Source: an uncultured Planctomycetota bacterium
GTDB lineage: Bacteria; Planctomycetota; Planctomycetia; Isosphaerales; Isosphaeraceae
Direction: 5' to 3'
NCBI GenBank assembly: GCA_963823665.1
Contig: CAWGMQ010000008.1
Location: 96,001-160,000, forward strand
DNA: 64,000 nt
Of this stretch, positions 1 to 8,815 are shown one piece after another. The stretch's first letter is position 1; each line of letters begins with the position of its first letter. The notes beneath the pieces were generated by a model. It had not been told where the DNA came from. It did no database searches and saw only the letters and a program-made list of their open reading frames with translations. Position numbers and translations under genes: made by a program.

Positions 1-1437
1 CTGGCGCTGGATCCAGGTTGCCAGCGCCAGGCCGATGCTGGCCGCGAGTGCGCCGTGAACGAAAACCGTCGCGACGAGAAGAGCAGCGCCCACAAGCAGA
101 TCTCTTCGCGGCAATTTCAGGTAGTAATCCGGCAGCATCCCCGGTGGCACAGGCACGCTCGGGGGAGCGTGACGGGCGGTGGCAAATGCCAGCGCAACCA
201 GCGCGGGCCCGAGCATCAGAAAAAGCACGAAACGTACTGTTCCCAGCCACTTTCCGACGACGATCGCGCGGGTGGAAAGCGCGGTCGCGGCCAGGAGATC
301 GAGGCTGCCGCGCTGGCGCTCTTCCGACATCGACATGGGGGCCACCGCCGACAACATCAGAAGCCCGAAAACCACCTGCAGAATGCACCCGATCATTCCT
401 GCCACTGGCGCGGCGGACCGACCCATCGTGTCCAAGCCGTGCCTCCATACGCTCACGGCGCCGACCAAGCACGCGATACCGGTCGAGCCGCCGATCAGTA
501 CGATCAGGGTCAACAGCCAGCGCGAAGGTCGCGAGCGATGCCACTCACGCCAGAGCACGGGATTACGGTCGAGCGAGGGACCGGGCAGCCATCGCAACAA
601 TCGGGCCAGAACGCGAAAAGCGGGCTCTTTTCGGTCGTCCACGTTCCCGCGGCGTGCGACGGGACGCATCCGCCACACCGCCAGAAGAATCAATAGCGCC
701 GCAGCCGCGAGCGTGATCGCGAAGAAGCCGACGTAGTCCCAGAAACCGATCCGGAACGGCACGGAATAGGGGGCGAAAGCCAGATAGTAGGGATCGGCGA
801 CGAGACTCCAGTGAGGAGGTGCGCTGGCCCACCGGCCGCGAGCGAGACCGGACCAGATCGGCCACAACATCAGAAGGAGGATCCAGAACGTGTAGGTCAC
901 GAGCACGACCTCGTGGGGCTTTCTGGCCCATACTGACAATGCCAGAGCCAGCGCGCAGCCGAGCAGGGCGACGGCCAGAATGATCGCGAACGCCAGGGTC
1001 AGTGCCGTCAGATCGATTCCGCCCAGAAGGGAGCAGATCGCCAGAACGGGCCAGGTACATGCGACCAGCCCGAGAATCGGCAAGAGCCGCGCGGCCAGCT
1101 TGCCCAGCACGATCTCCGGATCGGTGAGGTCGGTCACCAGCATGTGGGTGAGCGTCCCGCGAGCACGGTCAACGCAGATCGCCCCCGCGGTCGCGGCCGG
1201 AGCCGCCAGCATCACGAGCGTCAGTTCTACGCCGATGATCGCGTAGAAGTAGGACTCGCCCAGTGCGGCGTATTCCTGCCAAACGCGCGTCGGGTCCAAC
1301 GTGCCCCGGGTCACTGCGATCGATGCAATCGCCACGAGCAATATGGCCACGCCCGCCGCGCGAATGGCGTACGTCTGCCACCGGCGGGAGTTGGCCAGGC
1401 ACTCGTAGATGAAGACGGGACTCAGTCCCGGGCGCAT
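1..1437 (-). CDS. ABC-2 type transporter permease-like membrane protein (3' end runs off the window)
   Basis: Manual translation from ATG at 1437: MRPGLSPVFIYECLANSRRWQTYAIR...AATAGAICVDRARGTLTHMLVTDLTDPEIVLGKL. Multiple TM segments; bases 60-1 read VHGALAASIGLALATWIQRQ in the same frame. Absent from the ORF track because it has no stop in the window. Confidence 0.75.
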   Translation of the reverse strand, partial: MRPGLSPVFIYECLANSRRWQTYAIRAAGVAILLVAIASIAVTRGTLDPTRVWQEYAALGESYFYAIIGVELTLVMLAAPAATAGAICVDRARGTLTHMLVTDLTDPEIVLGKLAARLLPILGLVACTWPVLAICSLLGGIDLTALTLAFAIILAVALLGCALALALSVWARKPHEVVLVTYTFWILLLMLWPIWSGLARGRWASAPPHWSLVADPYYLAFAPYSVPFRIGFWDYVGFFAITLAAAALLILLAVWRMRPVARRGNVDDRKEPAFRVLARLLRWLPGPSLDRNPVLWREWHRSRPSRWLLTLIVLIGGSTGIACLVGAVSVWRHGLDTMGRSAAPVAGMIGCILQVVFGLLMLSAVAPMSMSEERQRGSLDLLAATALSTRAIVVGKWLGTVRFVLFLMLGPALVALAFATARHAPPSVPVPPGMLPDYYLKLPRRDLLVGAALLVATVFVHGALAASIGLALATWIQRQ

Positions 1438-1564
1438 GGCTCATTCCGGTTTGAGGATTCTGACTTCTGTCATACACCGAGCATACAGCGATCGCAGCAC
1501 ACGGGCACGGGAATTTTCTGCGTTGCGTTCATCTTGCGGATGCGGTCCGCTCGGGCGTGGTTGA

Positions 1565-2143
1565 TCAGTCCTTGGTCGTTGGCCCGCGATCCGTCTGCCC
1601 CTTGGCGGCGCCGGTGGCCGCCTCGGGGCTCTTCCTCGCGCCGACGGATTTGCGCGAGAGCTGGACCGTCAAGAGCGCCAGGTCTTCCATCGCATCGGTC
1701 AGCCGGTTGAGCGAGGAGATATAAGTCTTGTTCGGCTCGCTGCGATACGATGCGATCGCCCGCTGCACCTTGAGCTTGATTTCTTCCAGCTCCGGTCCGT
1801 GCGCTCCGTTTTGCCGGGCGTTCTGGAGTGCGACATCGACCGCGCTCATGAGTTTGTTGAGCCGCTCTTCGACGTTCTTGAAGTTGGCGGAGATCTCTTC
1901 CTTCGCGGCGTCGAATTCCGCGGCCTTGGTGCCGATCCGGTTCCTCAATTGGTCGTAGTGCGTCATAGCCAGATCCGCCACGCGCTTGTCCCTTCGTTGA
2001 GCCTCCAGCGCGGACGCGAGCCTCGCTTGAGCACTTGCAACGGAGGCGTAAAGAAAATACGAGCTGACCGCCAGGATCACCGTGAGTGTGATGAATGCCG
2101 CGACGGCGATCTTGAGGCCCTGCGACTCACTATCTTCGGCCAT
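1565..2143 (-). CDS. Hypothetical protein, N-terminal TM anchor plus coiled coil
   Basis: MAEDSESQGLKIAVAAFITLTVILAVSSYFLY followed by a heptad-rich helical region. Confidence 0.65.
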   Translation of the reverse strand: MAEDSESQGLKIAVAAFITLTVILAVSSYFLYASVASAQARLASALEAQRRDKRVADLAMTHYDQLRNRIGTKAAEFDAAKEEISANFKNVEERLNKLMSAVDVALQNARQNGAHGPELEEIKLKVQRAIASYRSEPNKTYISSLNRLTDAMEDLALLTVQLSRKSVGARKSPEAATGAAKGQTDRGPTTKD

Positions 2144-2330
2144 GGTTAATTGCTCCACCCGAACGGAGCGGTAGCGACCTGCTTATCCGGTCCGCCGATT
2201 TGCTGATGATAGGCTACACGCGGGAGGAAGCCAGGCTGCCGTCGAAAATCGGCCCCAACGCATTCGTCGAGGTCCGCCTCGCCGGCATAAACCACCTCTC
2301 AGCGTCAATCGTAAGTCAAGCTGAGCATCC

Positions 2331-3443
2331 TTAACAGCGGATCAAGGCGCCATCAGCACCGTTCGTCATTGAAACAGTTGTGGCTGCCGCGGCGGTTCGG
2401 TCTTCGGTGCGCACTCGGTGGGTGATCGCGTCGGCGATCCGTGAGAGGGGCAAGATTTCTTGAGCCGCACCAATCTCGACGGCGGCACTGGGCATCTCGC
2501 TGGCTACGCTCGTGGATGGGTCTTGGGCAATCGTCCACCAGCCCTGACTGCGAAGCTGTAGCAGCCCCTTGGCGCCATCTCGCCCCATTCCGGTCAACAG
2601 CACCGCGACTCCAGGCATGGGCCAGTTCCGCGCCAGGCTCTCGAAAAAGACGTCGACGGAAGGGCGGCAGCAGTTCGTTTGCGGCTCGACTGAGTAATGC
2701 AGGCGGCGGTATTCGCTCAGAACGAGGTGGTCGTTCGTGCCGGCGAGCAGGACCTCGTCCGGATGCGGGATGCGCCCGTCCGTGATCAGCGTGACTCGCC
2801 GTCCGGACTGATCGAAGAGCCATTGCCCCAAACCCTGGGAGAATGCCGAGTCGAGGTGCTGGACGATGATGATCCCGGAGTCAAGCGTGGCGGGTAGACC
2901 GGAAAGTACCTCGACCAAGGCGCGAGGGCCTCCGGTTGCAGCCCCCAAGACGATGAGGCCATGCAGCGGTGGCATGGGGAGGCTGGCAGTCGGCGTCGGC
3001 GGGGCTGAGGTCGCCAGGCCGGTTCGAGCTGGCGACGACTCGGTCGCCTTGCCAATGAGCTGGCCGATCGATTCGATCTTGTCCAAGAGGAGTCGGGCGC
3101 CATCGAGCCCGCCGCGTGGAGAGAGCACGGGCGTGTCGATCGCGTCGAGCGCGCCATGGCCCATTGCCTCGTAAACCTTGTCCAGATGTCCGCTGACCGT
3201 CGCTGTGACCAGCAGGATCGCGCAAGGCAACTCGGTCATGATCTGGCGCGTCGCCTCGACGCCGTCGATTCCGGGCATGAACAGATCCATCAGGATCACG
3301 TCCGGCCGATCCTCGCGAGTCCGCGCAATCGCCTCGCCGCCGTCATTCGCCGTCCAGGCGACCTCATGATCGGGCGACGACATCAAGACGCGGCTCATTG
3401 CCACGCGAGCCGAAATCAGGTCGTTGACGATTCCAATTCTCAT
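2331..3443 (-). CDS. cheB: CheB/WspF-type response regulator methylesterase (REC + CheB domain), catalytic Ser replaced by Ala
   Basis: REC domain MRIGIVND...LMDLFMP; CheB motifs GAATGG (canonical GASTGG), VQH, RPSVDVFF, LLTGMGRDGA. Confidence 0.9.
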   Translation of the reverse strand: MRIGIVNDLISARVAMSRVLMSSPDHEVAWTANDGGEAIARTREDRPDVILMDLFMPGIDGVEATRQIMTELPCAILLVTATVSGHLDKVYEAMGHGALDAIDTPVLSPRGGLDGARLLLDKIESIGQLIGKATESSPARTGLATSAPPTPTASLPMPPLHGLIVLGAATGGPRALVEVLSGLPATLDSGIIIVQHLDSAFSQGLGQWLFDQSGRRVTLITDGRIPHPDEVLLAGTNDHLVLSEYRRLHYSVEPQTNCCRPSVDVFFESLARNWPMPGVAVLLTGMGRDGAKGLLQLRSQGWWTIAQDPSTSVASEMPSAAVEIGAAQEILPLSRIADAITHRVRTEDRTAAAATTVSMTNGADGALIRC

Positions 3444-3735
3444 TTGAACGACTTCGACCTCCGCGGCTGGTGGTTGGGGGGGCGGGCGACGTGGTCAGGC
3501 GCATCGCTGGAAGTCGCCTGATCCATTCACTTTTCTGTGCTACCGTCCGTGCTTCTTTTTCGTGTTGGGTGTCACCGACCTTGAACGCATCGAGCGTTCG
3601 CTCTGAAGCAAGCATAGGTCACGGTTAACGGATCCTGCCTCTCCGACGAGTCGATTCGTCGGATGCGCCGTGTGATCCCGTTAGCGGATGCCTATCGTAT
3701 AATGCTCAGGACCGACCATCTGTGCGGGCCCTCGT

Positions 3736-4206
3736 ATGGCCGAACGCGAACGTTGCCCGAACTGCGACTCGGAACTGCCGTTTGACTCCCCTCAGGGCCT
3801 TTGCCCGGCCTGCCTGCTTCGGCAAGGACTGGGTACCGAGGATCCGGCCGCGCCGATACACCTAAAGCATTCGTCAACGGGATCACCGGACCGTGTGGCG
3901 CTTGACTGGCGTCGCCATTCACATCCTCGACTCGACTGGGCGCCTCGAACTCAAGTCAAACTGGTTCGGGGAGGAGGCTCAGCGGATCGGCGGGCGGATG
4001 ACGGTGTTGACCCTGCTCCTGCTAACCAGCTTTATCGTCTTCAATTTTATCAGCTTTCGCTCGCTCGCCGCGCCTGGATGGCTAGCGGGGGTTTTCGTCG
4101 CGCGTTCTCGGAGGATCAGCCCGTACTTGATGCCCTTCGCTCAATCACAGCCAAAGGCACGACTGTCGTCGCCTGGATCTTCATCGTTGCGATGGCCGTC
4201 CTGTGA
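3736..4206 (+). pseudogene. Probable remnant: zinc-ribbon N-terminus typical of planctomycete Ser/Thr kinases, with no kinase domain
   Basis: CPNCDSELPFDSPQGLCPACLLRQGL followed by unrelated-looking sequence. Confidence 0.4.
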
Positions 4207-4265
4207 CATTTACGTTCGCATACCCGAATAAGACGATGCGGAGAGCGCTCTGAACCGAATCGCTG

Positions 4266-4631
4266 ATGCTTTTAACCTGCGGGAATTGTGGCAAGGTGAC
4301 GAGTACCCGCTCGTCCATTCCGGACCGACAGGGGAATCTGAAGTGCTCGTGCGGCTCGACGGTGCGCGTACCGGAGCTCGCGCCTTCGCCGCTCGCTCGC
4401 GCGATGCACCGGCTGGCTGTCTCGCTTTTCAGCGGCTTCATCGCCGCGTTCGTCTGGTTAAACCTCTCCTACCGCGTTCTTCGGATGGTCGCAGCAGCTC
4501 GGGAAACCTGGTTCTGGTTGCTGGGACTCTCAGGCGGCGCAGCCTTCGTACTCGGAGCAATTCTCGGTGAACGCTTCCTGGATTGGCTGCTCAATTTGTT
4601 TCCTTCGCATAAGGATTCATCCCATCGCTAA
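4266..4631 (+). CDS. Small membrane protein with N-terminal zinc ribbon
   Basis: CGNC...CSCG followed by two hydrophobic helices. Confidence 0.55.
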   Translation: MLLTCGNCGKVTSTRSSIPDRQGNLKCSCGSTVRVPELAPSPLARAMHRLAVSLFSGFIAAFVWLNLSYRVLRMVAAARETWFWLLGLSGGAAFVLGAILGERFLDWLLNLFPSHKDSSHR

Positions 4632-5134
4632 ATCCAATAGCTAGACGTCGATGCCGGGCCCAAATAGAGGGAATCGGGATCGGTGGTTCCGGCGTTAAGT
4701 AATCGCCGGTGCGGACATACTGGACGGGCCGGGCTTCCTCGAGTTTGGTGAGAATTCCGAGAATGTCGGCCCGCGTGGCGAGGAAAAAGTTCCGTCGTGT
4801 CTTCTTAGCCATTCTTGACCCTCGAGGAGAGTTGTTGCAGCAGTTTTTCGCCGGCGTTCACATGGATCCTGTCGATTTCGGAGGTCGGCTCAAGTCTACT
4901 GGTTCCTTCGGGCACGACGAAGAAGAAACCGTTGCCCGCCCAATGAGCGACCGATATACCCACCTTTGTTGCACTCGGGAGACCGCCAAACGATGCAAGT
5001 CGATCATTTGCCCAAGCGGTGCGCTGTGCCGACCCTCCTCATCGAATCTTCGCTGGACGTGTCGCGTCCTTCGGGTTCCAATGCTCTTGTCCGGGATGAC
5101 CCTGCTGCTGAACGGCCAACCTGAGTTCTGTCTC

Positions 5135-5953
5135 ATGGGCGTCCTTTCGTTGTTCTTCTTTCTTGCAAGCGTCTTGGCATTGCTGGGCGACGCGGAGCCT
5201 GTGGCCGACCTCGTCGTCGTGAACGCCAAAGTGATCACCGTCTGCAAGTCGACTCCGCGAGCCGAAGGCTTCGCGGTCCGTGGCGGAAAGTTCCCGGTGG
5301 TCGGGGCGAAGGGCGACGTTCAGGCTCTCATCGGAAGGGACACGGACTTCCCCCGCACGAACCTCCGCCACCGGATCGAGCACGCGAGCGTTGCCCTCCC
5401 GCCTTTGCTCGAGCGCGCGAAGCGGCTCGGGGTTGTGCTGGCTCTTCACTCTTACATTTACGAACACGGCGACAAGATGGAACCGTATGGTGCCTTCCGT
5501 TGGAGCCTCATGCACCCGAACCGCTCGGCCCTGGACATGGGCATTCCGGTCGCCGGCACATCGGACTACCCCGTGAGCGCGGCCGACCCGCTGCTCAGGA
5601 TCCAGGACCTTGCCACGCGCCGCAGCGCTCAAGGGAAGGTGAGGCCCGCAGCAGATCATCACGCCCGAGAAGGCGATCGCCGTCTGGACACTCGGCAGCG
5701 GCTAGGCGAGGCGAGGGAGGGTTGGCCGGTTCACCTGCTGCTCGCCCAATTATTCGTCGAAGACTCCGATGCGCTCTTCGAGCGAGCTGTCAACGCCGGT
5801 GCCAAGGTGACGATGCCCATGACCGAAATGTTCTTCGGATTCCGTGTGGGGCATGTCGTCGATCCCTTCAGAGGCACATGGGTCGTCTCCTCGCGAAAAG
5901 AAATTGTCTCCCTCGAGGAAATGCAGCGAAGGATTAACGAGACCGCTTTTTGA
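5135..5953 (+). pseudogene. Mosaic: internally deleted amidohydrolase_3 (YtcJ-like) joined to the C-terminal half of a VOC/PhnB-like protein
   Basis: ADLVVVNAKVITV...FAVRGGKF joined directly to RHRIEHASV...VAGTSDYP, then LFVEDSDALFERAVNAGAKVTMPMTEMFFGFRVGHVVDPF. Confidence 0.65.
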
Positions 5954-6079
5954 GGCTCGGCGGCTCCGGAATGCCGAAGACGTGCGCTCAGGCGTCGCGG
6001 AACACAAACCCAGAGCCCTCGATACCCTTTCTGAAGTCACGGACGACACCTGTCAGATTCGCGGCGCTGTCGATATCGG

Positions 6080-6610
6080 TCACGAGAGGGTCAGGCGGCC
6101 CGTCGGAAGGCGCCGGCGCGTCACACTGACTGTTGATATAAAAATATTATATTGCCAACCAAGCGAATCCGGCAACCTTTCGTGGTGGAATTCCGCCGTC
6201 TCGTCCGAGATCAAACGGGCGATTCGCGCGAGGTTCGGCTCCTCGGGTGCCTGGCCCTTGAGGGCGAAGACGCGGTGAGCGATATCCTGCAACGCTTCGG
6301 GATCATTGTCGAGGTCGGATTCGGGGTTAAACGCGACGACCGCTGGCAGGTCGTCGTTGCCAGGCATGTACGCCCGGCGATACGCCTGGACAATAGCACC
6401 CCACACGACCTTCCCACCGTCGAGCAGCAACTGGTAGTATCGCACCGCGTCCGGCGATGCCTCCTCACCAGCACAAACCTCGGCGAACTGGGGCTGGTGC
6501 GCTAATCCGAACATGCGCAACAACCGGCGCGCTCCCGTCGGGTTAAACTGATTCGGACATTCCGCGAGCCAAGAATTCATCGCGGAGTCTCGCCGAGCTT
6601 CACAAGGCAT
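6080..6610 (-). CDS. Hypothetical protein
   Basis: Protein-like ORF (GKVVWGAIVQAY...DDLPAVV) directly downstream of the DUF4440-like gene. Confidence 0.5.
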   Translation of the reverse strand: MPCEARRDSAMNSWLAECPNQFNPTGARRLLRMFGLAHQPQFAEVCAGEEASPDAVRYYQLLLDGGKVVWGAIVQAYRRAYMPGNDDLPAVVAFNPESDLDNDPEALQDIAHRVFALKGQAPEEPNLARIARLISDETAEFHHERLPDSLGWQYNIFISTVSVTRRRLPTGRLTLS

Positions 6611-6619
6611 AGGGCTCTT

Positions 6620-6988
6620 TTACTTGCTGCTGAAGGAGCATTGATCCAGCACGATGCGCCATTCCCCACCCTGTTTCTCCCAGACCAGGAGACACCGATT
6701 GTCATCAGTGAATGAATTGCCCTCAAACGACCCGGCACCCTGAAAGCGATGCCGAACAATGGCCGCGTCATGGCCCAGGGCCCTGACAACCACGTCGGTG
6801 CGCGTCGCATGATCCAGCCGATAGCTCGGAGAGCCAATGACCGCCAGGATGGCCTGACGATCGAGGGCCAACCCATTCGGGCTAACGTATAAGTAGTCGT
6901 CGGCCATCAGACGTTCCACTGTCGTAGCGTCCTTCTCCAGCCACGCCTGATACCAGCGCTCGCTGAGGCCATGTAACTCCGTGAACAT
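6620..6988 (-). CDS. NTF2-like / DUF4440 family protein
   Basis: AWLEKDATTVERLMADDYLYVSPNG...VWEKQGGEWRIV pattern. Confidence 0.8.
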   Translation of the reverse strand: MFTELHGLSERWYQAWLEKDATTVERLMADDYLYVSPNGLALDRQAILAVIGSPSYRLDHATRTDVVVRALGHDAAIVRHRFQGAGSFEGNSFTDDNRCLLVWEKQGGEWRIVLDQCSFSSK

Positions 6989-7277
6989 TGACCGTTCCTC
7001 CTGCCCCGGATGCCTCCACCACCGGGCGATCCCCTACGCGGAACGCCCGCTCGCGGCGGACGAGCAAGCGCACCTGCCGCGACGGCCAGTGAGAGGTCGC
7101 ATCCGGAAAACGCTCCTGGCCTGCGATCAGCCCTATGCGGGCGGCACGCGCCGCCCTTCAGCATTATTGTAACTCGTCGCCCGTCCCGCACCATTAATGT
7201 GCCATTGTCGATCCTGCGCTTCGCCGAACGACTAAAATGCGTTGCTACTGAGTCGGCACTCCAATCATGAGGTCGCG

Positions 7278-7754
7278 ATGAAATTTCTTTGCCTGGTCTA
7301 CCACGAGGAAGCGAAGCTCGCCGCCTTGTCGAAATGTGAGATGGATTCGCTGGTTGGGACGTGCATCCGCTGGGTCGAGGAGCTGGAGAAAACGGGCCAC
7401 CACATCTTGTCGGCGGGCCTCCAGTCAGTTCGATCCGCCGTGACCGTGCGCATCCGCAACGGAACGCTTTCGACCACCGACGGTCCGTTTGCCGAGACCA
7501 AGGAGTTCCTGGGTGGGTTCACGCTCATCAATGTCAAGGATCTTCACGAGGCTCTTCAAATTGCCGCGAAATTCCCGTCGGCGCAGATTGGTAGCATGGA
7601 GGTGCGACCGCTGATGGACCCCGCGGAATCGGTAACCGATCCTCTCGACCAGAAAATCCAGCACGCCGTCCTTCAGAGCGCTTTCGGAGTTAACCTGTTA
7701 GCGGCCTCGAAAACTCCTTCGGTCCTCGAATCAGACAGGATGGCCGAACAATGA
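7278..7754 (+). CDS. YciI/DGPF family protein
   Basis: MKFLCLVY...TDGPFAETKEFLGGF...EVRP. Confidence 0.88.
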   Translation: MKFLCLVYHEEAKLAALSKCEMDSLVGTCIRWVEELEKTGHHILSAGLQSVRSAVTVRIRNGTLSTTDGPFAETKEFLGGFTLINVKDLHEALQIAAKFPSAQIGSMEVRPLMDPAESVTDPLDQKIQHAVLQSAFGVNLLAASKTPSVLESDRMAEQ

Positions 7755-8113
7755 GATTTCTTTGCATGGTCTGCTACGAGCAAAGGGCGCTCGACAGTCT
7801 TTCCAAGCCCGAATTCGATGCGCTCGTGGCCGAATCGCTCGCGTACGACGACGAACTTCGCAAAGGGGGACATTACCTGTACTCGGGCGCACTGCAATCG
7901 GTTCAAACGGCAACGACTATTCGCACCCAGTCAGGCAATGTACAGGTCACCGATGGACCATTCGCCGAGACGAAAGAGCAACTCGGCGGGTTCATTGTCA
8001 TTGAAGCACACGACCTCGATGAGGCGCTTCGGCTCGCTGCCAAGATCCCGCCAGTCCGCCTTGGGTGCATCGAGGTCCGGCCAATCCAGGAACTCGAACC
8101 ACGGTGTGATTGA
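7751..8113 (+). CDS. YciI/DGPF family protein (tandem paralog)
   Basis: TDGPFAETKEQLGGF...EVRP; ATGA overlap with the upstream paralog. Confidence 0.9.
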   Translation: MRFLCMVCYEQRALDSLSKPEFDALVAESLAYDDELRKGGHYLYSGALQSVQTATTIRTQSGNVQVTDGPFAETKEQLGGFIVIEAHDLDEALRLAAKIPPVRLGCIEVRPIQELEPRCD

Positions 8114-8230
8114 TCCCGGCTTCACGTCCAGTCGTTGCGTCGGAATTTCCCGTCCGGGCGCCAACTGCCCTGTTTATTTCCGCGGCGGATCGTATTATTA
8201 CGCTTAGAAAAGCGCGACAGGAGGAAGTTC

Positions 8231-8815
8231 ATGGCAGTTTCGGCGGAGGTTAGCCAGTCGATCACGCGTCTGATTCGGGCTGCGCAGGATGGCAGCAGCT
8301 CGGCGGTCCGTCCGCTGTTGTCGGCGTACTTTGACCGTCTGGTGCGGCTCGCCAGAAAGCGGCTCCGGAACCTGCCGGGCCTGGGCGGCTATGATGAGGA
8401 TCTGGCTTTGCGCTCGTTCGACAGCGTGTATCGACGGCTTCGCGATCCGGCGCGGCCGCTGGAGCTGGCCCACCGCGATGACCTCTGGCGGCTACTGGCG
8501 ACGCGGACCATCTCGAGGGCCATCGATCTGATCCGGCGGCACCGGCCGGCGGAGGTCCCGGGCGGCCTTGATGTGACGCAGCTCTTGAGCCGCGAGCCGA
8601 CACCGGACGAGGCCGCTGAGCTGGCCGACGAATGCCGGCGCCTTCTCGATGCACTTGCCGAGCCCGAGCTGCGGCAGATTGCCTTGTGGAAGGTCGAAGG
8701 CTACACCAACGAAGAGATCGCAAGCCGGCTGGATTGCGTGCCGCGCACCGTCGAGCGCAAGGTGAGCCGCATTCGCCTGCTCTGGAAGCACGAGCTGGGG
8801 GAACCGGTGAGATGA
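8231..8815 (+). CDS. ECF sigma factor (planctomycete kinase-associated type)
   Basis: SITRLI...YFDRLVRLARKRL...DDLWRLL; region 4 EGYTNEEIASRLDCVPRTVERKV. Confidence 0.88.
   Translation: MAVSAEVSQSITRLIRAAQDGSSSAVRPLLSAYFDRLVRLARKRLRNLPGLGGYDEDLALRSFDSVYRRLRDPARPLELAHRDDLWRLLATRTISRAIDLIRRHRPAEVPGGLDVTQLLSREPTPDEAAELADECRRLLDALAEPELRQIALWKVEGYTNEEIASRLDCVPRTVERKVSRIRLLWKHELGEPVR

Noticed and set aside
4591..4960. Possible toxin-immunity remnant (MAKKTRRNFFLATRADIL...)
   Set aside because: Short and truncated, with no motif I can assign confidently
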